Source of the DNA: Candidatus Latescibacterota bacterium
GTDB taxonomy: Bacteria; Latescibacterota; UBA2968
Assembly (NCBI GenBank): GCA_038279365.1
Contig: JAYODI010000010.1
Coordinates: forward strand, 34,762-98,761
Direction of reading: 5' to 3'
Length of the DNA: 64,000 bases
Part shown: positions 27,187-35,693 of the stretch, piece by piece
Numbering within the stretch: the first letter of the stretch is position 1
Layout of the letters: every line of letters starts with the position of its first letter
Translations under genes and position numbers: made by a program
The notes under the pieces: generated by a model
The model's input: the letters and a program-made list of their open reading frames with translations, nothing else
Databases searched by the model: none
What the model was told of the DNA's origin: nothing

Positions 27187-27204
27187 ATGCCATATGTTTT
27201 TTTA

Positions 27205-27233
27205 AAAAAAGCGGGCATTTTGCCCGCTTTTTT
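27205..27233 (+). terminator. Intrinsic terminator
   Basis: AAAAAAGCGGGCA-TTT-TGCCCGCTTTTTT. Confidence 0.85.
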
Positions 27234-27283
27234 CATATCTGTATTAAATATATTTTGAAACGTTTTAAGAGGTGGTTTGAGCA

Positions 27284-28333
27284 GTGGCCAAACACAAATA
27301 CGATGCCCAAAAACTCCAAGATGTTTTCCTAAACTGTGCAGAAATGACACCGCAAAGTCGTATTTTGGACTTGGGATGGACGGGTGAGTCTTTATTTTTG
27401 CAATGCGATAGTTCTTCGCCCCATTACATTTTTGTTGGTGACGACATTCGTGCCGTTCGTGCTTGTGAGACATCGGGCAGGGTTGCCTGTCACTTGGCTT
27501 CACCCATTGATCTTGCCGAGCGTTTTGATGTGGTTTTTTATCACCCAGAAGGACATGCAGCCAAAGGGCAAGTTTTTCACTGGGTAGAGGCGGCGTTTGA
27601 GAAGCTGGAAACAGAAGGTTGTCTCTTTTTTGCAGGTCAAAAAGACCGTGGGGTTTTGAGTTATGTAAAGCACATCGAGGCGGTGTTTGGTCAAGTCGAT
27701 AGGGTTGGGCGCAGTGGGCGTATGCAATATTTTAAGGCGATTAAAAAACGTAAAACATTAGGTGTAATACCAAAACCCTATCATCATGTGTTAGATGTAA
27801 CCGATTTGCCTTATGGCGTTTTTCAATTTGTCACACAAGATGGTGTGTTTTCACGAGACGGGATAGACCCAGGGTCGCGTTTGTTGTTGGAACATGTTTC
27901 GGTTTTTTCAGATGCACACATTTTTGATATGGGGTGTGGATATGGTCTTTTGGGGCTTGCGTGTGCGCGATTGGCAAAAAATGGGCAGGTTTGGTTGAGT
28001 GATGTCAGTATGAGGGCTGTGGCGTGTGCCACCGAAAATAGGGCGAAAAATCAAATTTTGAATGCACAAGTTAGCGTAGGGGATTTGTATGAATGTGTCG
28101 GTGATGTCTCTTTGGATCTCATTTTGTCCAATCCACCGTTTCACGAAGGAAACAAAACGGCCTGGCCATTGATAGATGGCGCACTCGAACGATTGAATCC
28201 TGGTGGGGTATTGATGCTTGTTGTCATGCGGGCAGGGCCTTATGCCAAACGAATGGAAACGGTTTTTGGGCATGTTGAAACCTGTGCCGAGGTGGGTGGG
28301 TATACCGTTTTAAAAAGCCAAAAGAAAAATTAA
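27284..28333 (+). CDS. RsmC/RlmG-like two-domain class I SAM methyltransferase
   Basis: GVFS..GID.GS.LL, DMGCGYG and NPPFH motifs. Confidence 0.85.
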   Translation: MAKHKYDAQKLQDVFLNCAEMTPQSRILDLGWTGESLFLQCDSSSPHYIFVGDDIRAVRACETSGRVACHLASPIDLAERFDVVFYHPEGHAAKGQVFHWVEAAFEKLETEGCLFFAGQKDRGVLSYVKHIEAVFGQVDRVGRSGRMQYFKAIKKRKTLGVIPKPYHHVLDVTDLPYGVFQFVTQDGVFSRDGIDPGSRLLLEHVSVFSDAHIFDMGCGYGLLGLACARLAKNGQVWLSDVSMRAVACATENRAKNQILNAQVSVGDLYECVGDVSLDLILSNPPFHEGNKTAWPLIDGALERLNPGGVLMLVVMRAGPYAKRMETVFGHVETCAEVGGYTVLKSQKKN

Positions 28334-28403
28334 AATAAGATGGGAACCGAAGTCGGTTGTAATGCGTATAAAAGGGCGAAGCGTAAGGTCTGATGGTCGG
28401 TCA

Positions 28404-28479
28404 CGAGCCTCTAAGATATCGGATACTGGTAAAACCCTCCCACCAGTCTCTTGATCATCTTAGGGGCTCGCTTATTTTT
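28404..28479 (+). ncRNA. Long imperfect hairpin with CCCTCCC loop (candidate structured RNA)
   Basis: CGAGCCTCTAAGAT/ATCTTAGGGGCTCG plus ACTGGT/ACCAGT. G-U pairs favour the + strand. T-rich tail follows. Confidence 0.4.
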
Positions 28480-28529
28480 ATATTTGACTCTGATTGAGTG
28501 AATCAATATTTTGTGTTGCCATTGTGTGC

Positions 28530-28558
28530 TTGACAGGCACATGGTTTGGCCTTATTCT
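28530..28558 (+). promoter_or_regulatory. Sigma70-type promoter for molybdo-hydroxylase operon
   Basis: TTGACA-17-TATTCT. Confidence 0.6.
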
Positions 28559-28600
28559 TAGCGTGCAAATTTATCGTATTTCTCTTAAGAAAGAGGAGGA

Positions 28601-29476
28601 TTGGCATTGAACGCATTTGATTATGCAGCACCTCAATCCGTAGCAGAGGCCGTTTCCTTGTTGCAACAAGGAAATGGCAAGGTTGGGATTTTGGCTGGTG
28701 GCACAGATATTCTGGCCCAGTTAAAAGAAAATCGTCGCAAAATTGATTTGTTACTCGACATTAAAAAGATTCCTGAGGCCAATGAAATAAGCTTTGATGC
28801 CCAAAAAGGTTTACGCATTGGTTCTGCGGTATCTTGTTCGACAACGTATAACAACGCCGATGTCAAAAAGCACTATCCTGCTTTGGTGGATTGCACCTCT
28901 TTGATTGGTTCGGTTCAAATTCAAAATCGGGCAACCATTGGTGGGAATATGTGCAATGCCTCTCCTGCTGGTGACAGCCCCCCTGCAGTAATTGTTTTGG
29001 GTGGTATTTGTGAAGTTGTGGGGCCCAATGGGGCGCGTGATATTGCTGCTGAAGACTTTTTTACCGCACCAGGGCGCAGTGCACTTGAAGCGGGCGAGTT
29101 TTTGGTGGCCGTTCGTTTTCCAGCACCCGCTGCGCATTCAGGTGCATTTTCATTGCGGTTTATTCCGCGCAATGAAATGGACATTGCCGTAGCAAATGCG
29201 GCGGTATCGTTGGTTTTGGATGGCGATAAGATCACATCGGCACGTGTTGCTATTGGCGCTGTGGCACCTACGCCACTTTTGGTGGCCGAAGCTGGTGCCG
29301 CCTTAACAGGGCAAACCATCTCCGATGACGTGATCGAAAAAGCCAGTGCGGCGGCTCGAGCGGCAGCAAAGCCTATATCGGATATGCGTGGCACAGTTGA
29401 ACAACGGGTGCATTTGGCAGGCGTGTTGACCAAACGAGCAATTCTAGGGGCTATTGAAAGAGCAAAGGAGTCTTAA
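28601..29476 (+). CDS. Xanthine dehydrogenase family FAD-binding (medium) subunit
   Basis: LAGGTD, IGS.QIQNRATIGGN.CNASPAGD and PISDMRG motifs. Confidence 0.9.
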   Translation: MALNAFDYAAPQSVAEAVSLLQQGNGKVGILAGGTDILAQLKENRRKIDLLLDIKKIPEANEISFDAQKGLRIGSAVSCSTTYNNADVKKHYPALVDCTSLIGSVQIQNRATIGGNMCNASPAGDSPPAVIVLGGICEVVGPNGARDIAAEDFFTAPGRSALEAGEFLVAVRFPAPAAHSGAFSLRFIPRNEMDIAVANAAVSLVLDGDKITSARVAIGAVAPTPLLVAEAGAALTGQTISDDVIEKASAAARAAAKPISDMRGTVEQRVHLAGVLTKRAILGAIERAKES

Positions 29477-29480
29477 ATCC

Positions 29481-29960
29481 ATGGCAAAAAAAGTACATGT
29501 AACAACGACGATTAATGGGGAAGAAGCCGAATTTCTTTGTGAGCCCCGGCAAACATTATTAGAAGTCTTACGTGATGATCTCGATTTGACAGGTACCAAA
29601 GAAGGTTGCAGCAATGGCAACTGTGGTGCTTGTAGTGTATTGCTCAATGGCAAAGTGGTAGATTCTTGTTTGGTGATGGCCGTTGAAGCCGAAGGACAAG
29701 AAATAACAACCATTGAAGGCGTTGCTTCGGCAGAGGGTTTGCATCCTTTGCAACAAAAGTTTTTGGAACACGCCGCTTTGCAGTGTGGTATTTGTACGCC
29801 TGGTTTTATTATGGCAGCCAAGGCTTTGTTGGAAAAAGAACCAAACCCATCAGAAGAGCGGATTCGCTTGTATTTGGCTGGTAACCTTTGTCGTTGCACG
29901 GGCTATGATAAAATTGTGCGTGCCGTGCAAGATGCTGCTGCCGTGATGTCTAAGGCTTAA
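29481..29960 (+). CDS. Xanthine dehydrogenase family 2x[2Fe-2S] (small) subunit
   Basis: GC..G.CGAC, QCGICTPG and GNLCRCTGY motifs. Confidence 0.95.
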   Translation: MAKKVHVTTTINGEEAEFLCEPRQTLLEVLRDDLDLTGTKEGCSNGNCGACSVLLNGKVVDSCLVMAVEAEGQEITTIEGVASAEGLHPLQQKFLEHAALQCGICTPGFIMAAKALLEKEPNPSEERIRLYLAGNLCRCTGYDKIVRAVQDAAAVMSKA

Positions 29961-29973
29961 GGGGGCATTTCGA

Positions 29974-32253
29974 ATGGCCACAAAAAAAGAAGACTATTTG
30001 GGCATTAAAGAATACAAAGTGCTTGGCACGCGCCCTGTACGTCATGATGGTGTTGACAAGGTGACAGGCCGGGCGAAATATGGTGCCGATATAGACTTGG
30101 CGGGTATGTTGCACGGGAAAGTGTTACGAAGCCCACATGCGCATGCGCGTATCAAGTCAGTAGATATCAGCAAAGCAGAAGCATTACCAGGTGTCAAGGC
30201 TGTTATTACAGTCAAAGACTTGCCATTGCAAGAAGACAAAATTGAAGAGCTTGGTGAAGGTGCCGCAAACCTGAAACATCTGCGATGCAATGTTTTGGCC
30301 GAAGACAAGGTGCTTTATCATGGGCATGCCATTGTTGCTGTTGCTGCCACAGATGCGCACATAGCCGAAGAGGCTTTGGCCTTGATCCAGGTGGATTACG
30401 AAGTTTTGCCACCTGTATTGACTGTGCATGATGCCACTGCCGAAGGTGCTCCGCTTTTACTTGAAGATCAAACCACAAAGTCGTTGGGTGAAGACACGGG
30501 TAAAAAAAGCAACATCACCACACATTTTCAACATAAGTTGGGCGATGTTGAGGCGGGTTTTGCCGAAGCGGATGTTGTCATTGAACGTGAATTTGATACA
30601 GCTACAGTTCACCAAGGTTATATCGAACCTCAAAATGCCACGGCACTTTGGAATGCCGATAACATGGTGACGGTTTGGTGCAGCACGCAAGGGGCGTTTG
30701 CTGTTCGTGAGCAAACCGCACAATTGCTCGATTTGCCCGTTTCCCACGTCAAAGTTGTGCCGATGGAAATTGGTGGTGGGTTTGGCGGGAAAATTCGTGT
30801 CTATTTGGAACCTCTTGCCGCAGTGTTGTCCAAGAAAACGGGGCGTCCCGTAAAAATGATTATGAGTCGCACAGAGGTTTTGCAAGCGACTGGGCCAACT
30901 GCCGGATCTTACATAAAGTGCAAAATGGGGGTGACCAACGAGGGCAAAATTGTTGCGGCACAGGCCTCTATGATGTATGAGTCGGGTGGTTTTCCAGGAA
31001 ACTGGGCAGCGCCTGGTTCGATGTGTATTTTTGCGCCATATGACATTCCCAATGTGCTCATAGATGGTTATGAAGTATTGGTTAACAAACCGCAAACCAT
31101 GGCTTATCGTGCTCCTGGAGCCACGAATGCCGCATTTGCATCCGAAACGGTTTTAGATGAAATTTGTGAAAAACTCGAGCTCGATCCATTGGATTTGCGC
31201 TTGAAAAATTCATCTAAAGAAGGTACCCGACGTGCAGATGGTCCCATTTATCCCCGTATTGGAAATGTGGAGTGTTTGCAATTGGCCCGAGCAACGGAGC
31301 ATTATAACAGCAAGCTCTCAGGCAAAAAACGTGGGCGTGGTGTGGCTTCTGGGTTTTGGTTTAATGCTGGTTTGCAGTCGAGTGCTTCTGCCAGTGTCAA
31401 TACCGATGGTACGATCAGTTTTGTAGAGGGGTCTACCGACATTGGTGGTTCGCGCACTTCTTTGGCCATGCAATTGGCTGAAACGCTTGGTATCGAGGCA
31501 ACCGACATCAACCCACAAGTTGCCGACACCGATTCGGTTGGTGAAACCGATGTCACCGGTGGCAGTCGCACAACGTTTGCAACGGGTTGGGCAGCATATA
31601 AGGTTGGGTTGGATATCAAACAACAAATGATCGAACGCGCTGCGAAGTTGTGGGAAGTTTCTGAAGATGATGTTCAGTATGAAAATGGGGTAATGACTTC
31701 CTCTGCTGATAAGTCTAAGGAAATCACTTTTAAAGAATTGGCTGGCAAGCTTGGGGAAACGGGTGGGCCTGTTATGGGGCGTGCCACAGTAAGACCCTCT
31801 GGTGTAGGTGGGGCTTTTGCAACCGTTATTGTTGATGTTGAAGTGGATACAGATACGGGCAAAGTTGAAATTTTGCGTGCCAGCATCATCCAAGATGCCG
31901 GCAAGGCCATTCACCCCAGTTATGTAGAAGGACAAATGCAAGGTGGTATGGCACAAGGTATTGGTTGGGCGCTCAATGAAGAATATGCCTATAAAAAAGA
32001 TGGCACCCTCGCCAATGGCAGTTTGCTTGATTATCGCATGCCAACCTGTTTGGATTTGCCGATGATCGAAACGCATATTGTTGAGGTGCCCAACCCAGGG
32101 CATCCTTATGGGGTGCGTGGTGTAGGCGAAGTGCCTATTGTTCCGCCTCCAGCTGCAGTTGCCAATGCCATCTATGACGCCGTTGGTGTGCGTTTGTATG
32201 ATTTGCCAATGTCTCCTGGGCGTGTTTTAGAAGCGCTTTGGAAAAAAGGGTAA
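29974..32253 (+). CDS. Xanthine dehydrogenase family molybdopterin-binding (large) subunit
   Basis: KVTGRAKY, LRSPHAHA, GGGFGGK, AYRAPG, EGQMQGG and RGVGE motifs. Confidence 0.95.
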   Translation: MATKKEDYLGIKEYKVLGTRPVRHDGVDKVTGRAKYGADIDLAGMLHGKVLRSPHAHARIKSVDISKAEALPGVKAVITVKDLPLQEDKIEELGEGAANLKHLRCNVLAEDKVLYHGHAIVAVAATDAHIAEEALALIQVDYEVLPPVLTVHDATAEGAPLLLEDQTTKSLGEDTGKKSNITTHFQHKLGDVEAGFAEADVVIEREFDTATVHQGYIEPQNATALWNADNMVTVWCSTQGAFAVREQTAQLLDLPVSHVKVVPMEIGGGFGGKIRVYLEPLAAVLSKKTGRPVKMIMSRTEVLQATGPTAGSYIKCKMGVTNEGKIVAAQASMMYESGGFPGNWAAPGSMCIFAPYDIPNVLIDGYEVLVNKPQTMAYRAPGATNAAFASETVLDEICEKLELDPLDLRLKNSSKEGTRRADGPIYPRIGNVECLQLARATEHYNSKLSGKKRGRGVASGFWFNAGLQSSASASVNTDGTISFVEGSTDIGGSRTSLAMQLAETLGIEATDINPQVADTDSVGETDVTGGSRTTFATGWAAYKVGLDIKQQMIERAAKLWEVSEDDVQYENGVMTSSADKSKEITFKELAGKLGETGGPVMGRATVRPSGVGGAFATVIVDVEVDTDTGKVEILRASIIQDAGKAIHPSYVEGQMQGGMAQGIGWALNEEYAYKKDGTLANGSLLDYRMPTCLDLPMIETHIVEVPNPGHPYGVRGVGEVPIVPPPAAVANAIYDAVGVRLYDLPMSPGRVLEALWKKG

Positions 32254-32276
32254 GTTTTAATTTTTGACTTTTTTTT

Positions 32277-32310
32277 CAGCCAGTGGCAAGTATGTCACTG
32301 GCTGTTTTTT
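32277..32310 (+). terminator. Intrinsic terminator
   Basis: CAGCCAGTGGCA/TGTCACTGGCTG followed by T6. Confidence 0.8.
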
Positions 32311-32319
32311 GTGAGGTTT

Positions 32320-33411
32320 ATGGCATTATTTGTTGGTATTATTGGCCTTCCAAACGTGGGCAAGTCCACGCTTTTTAATACGCTTACGCGTGCACATGTC
32401 GAAGCTTCTAATTATCCTTTTTGCACGGTTGAACCCAATGTGGGTATGGTTGAGGTTCCCGACGTGCGTTTGGATAAACTCAACGCTTTGTTGGCTCCCA
32501 AAACGTGTACACCGACTTATATCCGTTTTGTTGATATTGCAGGATTGGTTCGTGGGGCAAGCAAAGGTGAGGGGCTTGGAAATCAATTTTTAGGTCATAT
32601 CCGAGAAGCAGATGCATTGGTGCATGTGGTGCGGTGTTTTGATGATGAGGGCATTACGCATGTTGATGGGCGTGTAGATCCGCTTGCAGATGTGGAAACG
32701 ATTCAGACAGAATTGATGTTGGCCGATTTGGATACGGCCGAACAGGCTTATTTAAAGATGGAGAAGCTTGCAAGATCGGATATGCGCGCACTCGACAAAG
32801 GTGCATTTGATATGCTGGGGCGGTTGGTAAATGGGTTACGTGAAGGCGTGCCCATTGCCGATCAAGGTTTTGACTTAGAAGATTTAGAAAAGGTGGCCAC
32901 ATATCGTTTTTTGACGGTTAAACCCATGATTTATTTGGCCAATGTGGGAGAAGATCAACTGCCCAGCGGAGGAGAACCCGTTGATTTGTTGCGCAAAAAA
33001 TTTGGTGAAGATCGGGTTTTGGTGGTCTCGGGCAAAATTGAGTCTGAATTATTGGATTTGGATAGGGAAGACCGTTTGGCGTTTCTTGAAGATTTGGGGC
33101 TGCCAGAAACAGGGCTCAACCGGCTCATTCTTGCCAGTTATGACCTTCTCACTCTGATTACCTTTTACACTTTGGTGAAAGGTAAATTGCAGGCTTGGCA
33201 ACTTGTTGCAGGCATGTTGGCCCCACAAGCAGCAGGGAAAATACACACGGACATGGAAAAAGGCTTTATTCGTGCAGAAGTGGCTGCATATGAAGATTTG
33301 ATGGCAGAAAAAACATATGAAAAATTGCGTAGTGTTGGCAAGTTGCGCACCGAAGGGCGAGATTATGTGGTGCAAGATGGGGATATTGTGGAATTTTTGT
33401 TCAAGGCCTGA
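32320..33411 (+). CDS. ychF: Ribosome-binding ATPase YchF
   Basis: GLPNVGKSTLFN, NYPFCT, DIAGLVRGASKGEGLGNQFL and C-terminal TGS domain. Confidence 0.95.
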   Translation: MALFVGIIGLPNVGKSTLFNTLTRAHVEASNYPFCTVEPNVGMVEVPDVRLDKLNALLAPKTCTPTYIRFVDIAGLVRGASKGEGLGNQFLGHIREADALVHVVRCFDDEGITHVDGRVDPLADVETIQTELMLADLDTAEQAYLKMEKLARSDMRALDKGAFDMLGRLVNGLREGVPIADQGFDLEDLEKVATYRFLTVKPMIYLANVGEDQLPSGGEPVDLLRKKFGEDRVLVVSGKIESELLDLDREDRLAFLEDLGLPETGLNRLILASYDLLTLITFYTLVKGKLQAWQLVAGMLAPQAAGKIHTDMEKGFIRAEVAAYEDLMAEKTYEKLRSVGKLRTEGRDYVVQDGDIVEFLFKA

Positions 33412-33554
33412 AACTATTGATGGGTTGAAACGTAAGTAAAAGTAAGTTGTGTCTATTTTTTGACGCGAGCAACGATATCTTGTATATTCACAGAGTTACC
33501 ATTTTCCCAATGGCAAAGTTGGGCAAAGGCAAAAGCCTCATCCTGGAGGGTCTT

Positions 33555-34283
33555 ATGAAGCAATTGCAAGTTGTGTTTTTGTTTTGTACTGTGCTCATTG
33601 CAGCAATGTTGTTTCCTCAGCGAACAGATGCCATTGGGTTATCTGGGGCAAATATTAAGGCGGGTGTGAATCTCACGCGCCAGCAGTCCTATACGTTTTA
33701 TCAGGGTGTTGGGGGAGAATTTGATTCGCATCAATGGATGGTCGGCACCAATTTAGACTTGGGTTCCGTTTGGTTGCCCAAGTTGCATTTCATGCCCGGT
33801 GTAGACTTTGCTCTTGCAAGTGTTAAAACGGTTGTTCCAGGAATCAATGCCCAAGGTCAAACCATTAGTACTGTTGTTGACAAGACCTTAAAGATATATG
33901 TTATTAATACCGATTTTGTTTACTTTTTTCATCAAAGCCCAAGAGGGCGTGGTTATGCAGGTGCTGGGATAGGGACGCATCTTGTAAGACCTGATGGTGA
34001 AGCAGGTTCCACCCGGGTGACTTTAAATATTCCCATTGGATTTCAGCGAAAGCTGGGAACGGGGTTGGGTTGGTTTGGCGAATTAAAACTCGTAATTGCC
34101 AACGATGAACGCGACAGTGCGCTTCAATTTAGCGTTGGTTTTACTTTAGGATCTATTGACTACGGGAGGTTGGATATGGCATCAGGTAGAGAAAGACAAA
34201 GAGAGCTTCGTCGTCAACGTCAAAGACGGAAAAAACGTCTTAAATTGCGTATAAAAGAAGCTATTGCAGCAGGTAAGAAATAA
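33555..34283 (+). CDS. Small outer-membrane beta-barrel-like protein with in-frame basic 35-aa tail
   Basis: GGAGG RBS, signal peptide, amphipathic strands (YAGAGIG, WFGELK, FSVGFTL). Promoter TTGACG-17-TATATT at 33460-33488. Confidence 0.65.
   Translation: MKQLQVVFLFCTVLIAAMLFPQRTDAIGLSGANIKAGVNLTRQQSYTFYQGVGGEFDSHQWMVGTNLDLGSVWLPKLHFMPGVDFALASVKTVVPGINAQGQTISTVVDKTLKIYVINTDFVYFFHQSPRGRGYAGAGIGTHLVRPDGEAGSTRVTLNIPIGFQRKLGTGLGWFGELKLVIANDERDSALQFSVGFTLGSIDYGRLDMASGRERQRELRRQRQRRKKRLKLRIKEAIAAGKK
34176..34283 (+). CDS. 35-aa Arg/Lys-rich peptide (DUF6800-like) with own RBS, in frame with upstream ORF
   Basis: GGGAGG-6nt-ATG. Translation MASGRERQRELRRQRQRRKKRLKLRIKEAIAAGKK. Confidence 0.6.
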   Translation: MASGRERQRELRRQRQRRKKRLKLRIKEAIAAGKK

Positions 34284-34316
34284 AAAAAGCACGGCATATA
34301 AATGCCGTGCTTTTTT
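34283..34316. terminator. Bidirectional terminator
   Basis: AAAAAAGCACGGCAT/ATGCCGTGCTTTTTT. Confidence 0.85.
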
Positions 34317-34333
34317 ATTGATCTTTATTGTTT

Positions 34334-35677
34334 TTACGAAAATATGGCAGAGAATGTGTCTGTGACTTGTTTGCGAATGGTTGGCTCCAATTCTTTGAGC
34401 GTTTCCAAAAGCGACTCTTCATTTGTTTCGAGAAGTTCTAAGGTGGCTGTAGAGAATTTAATGGGTGGGGTGCGTTCTGCAAAAGCATGGTCTGTTTGTT
34501 TGCTACATATATTAGACAAATGCACCAAATGTGTCATGGGTTTTGAATCGGGCGTGGGGGCATGGTGGTGGCCAATTACCTCAATCAAACCGTCGGGCAA
34601 TTGCCATTTGGCGGCCAACGCTTCACCAACTTTTTCGTGATCCAAACCGAGAATTTCTTGTTCTACGCTGTACATGGCTTGGCCAGGTTTGAGTTCTTTG
34701 GTAACCATCTGAAACATTTCGTTGAAGAAATGGCCCAAAACCTGTTTGCCAATATCATGCACCATCCCAGCCATAAAGGGATCTTCACCGCCGATTTTGA
34801 GTTTCTTTTTGATGTCGGGACGTTCGGCGAGCAGTTTGGCTATGACTCCAACGGCAATGCAGTGCTTCCAAAACTCCGTGGCATCAAAAGAATTTGCTTT
34901 GCCTTTAAATGCGCCAACCACAGAGAGGGTGCGCACAAAATCAATAACCGTTTGAAGGCCTAACAGGTTGACTGCATCAACAATGGATGTAATCTTGCGG
35001 TTAAATGCAAAAACCGAAGAGTTGCATAAACGCAACATTTGGGCCGTTATGCCAGGGTCTAATTCGATAATATGGCTGTATTGCTCTGTTGTTGACTTAG
35101 GATCTCTCGATAATTTTTCTATTTCATTATATACCGTTGGCATAGCTGGCAAATTGGTAATTTTGTCCAACTCTTTGATGATGTGGGCACGCGGATCGAT
35201 GTCTTTTTCTTGTTGGGCAATTGCTGCTTGAGCGCTGACTCCTCTTTTAAGTCGTTCTTGCAACGATTTGAGGTCGCTAAAGGGGCGAGGGAGGCAATCT
35301 AACACACCCAAACGTTTGCCTTCTGTAATGTCTGCTTCGGATAGTTGTTGAGACATCAAAAATACGGGGATGTGTTTACAGTCGGGTTTGAAGCGTATGA
35401 GTCGAGCGACTGTAATCCCCCCACCAGATACATGGGCTTCAATAATGACGGTTTTAATATCTCTGTGATATTGTTTGAGGGCTTTCATGGTGTCAACACC
35501 TGAATCGACCCAAATAATATCGTAGCCCCAAGCTTGATAGATTTTGAGACATTGTCCCAAATCTCTGATGTAAGCTTGATTTCGGGGAATGCGCAAGTCT
35601 TCGGGTTTAAATTTTTTGTCAACGATGAGGGCTTTTGGTTTGCTCGATGGTTCAGGTTGTTCTGGCGTATTTGCCAT
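34334..35677 (-). CDS. Pseudo-receiver + HDOD domain protein
   Basis: LPAMP, DPGITAQMLRLCNS, FWKH, HDIGK and W.LP...HHH motifs. Receiver has E at the phospho-Asp position. Confidence 0.85.
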   Translation of the reverse strand: MANTPEQPEPSSKPKALIVDKKFKPEDLRIPRNQAYIRDLGQCLKIYQAWGYDIIWVDSGVDTMKALKQYHRDIKTVIIEAHVSGGGITVARLIRFKPDCKHIPVFLMSQQLSEADITEGKRLGVLDCLPRPFSDLKSLQERLKRGVSAQAAIAQQEKDIDPRAHIIKELDKITNLPAMPTVYNEIEKLSRDPKSTTEQYSHIIELDPGITAQMLRLCNSSVFAFNRKITSIVDAVNLLGLQTVIDFVRTLSVVGAFKGKANSFDATEFWKHCIAVGVIAKLLAERPDIKKKLKIGGEDPFMAGMVHDIGKQVLGHFFNEMFQMVTKELKPGQAMYSVEQEILGLDHEKVGEALAAKWQLPDGLIEVIGHHHAPTPDSKPMTHLVHLSNICSKQTDHAFAERTPPIKFSTATLELLETNEESLLETLKELEPTIRKQVTDTFSAIFS

Positions 35678-35693
35678 GTCCAAATTCTTTCTG

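Noticed and set aside
28340-28479. Moco riboswitch, or SAM-I riboswitch (minus strand has ATCAAGAG...GGAGGG)
   Set aside because: The multi-stem Moco layout and the SAM-I GCAACC/P3-P4 elements are absent, and the operon promoter candidates lie downstream of the structure.
31318-32103. 261-aa minus-strand ORF
   Set aside because: Antisense shadow of the conserved molybdopterin subunit with no recognisable motifs.
29974-32253. Aerobic CO dehydrogenase CoxL
   Set aside because: Lacks the AYxCSFR loop and cox accessory genes.
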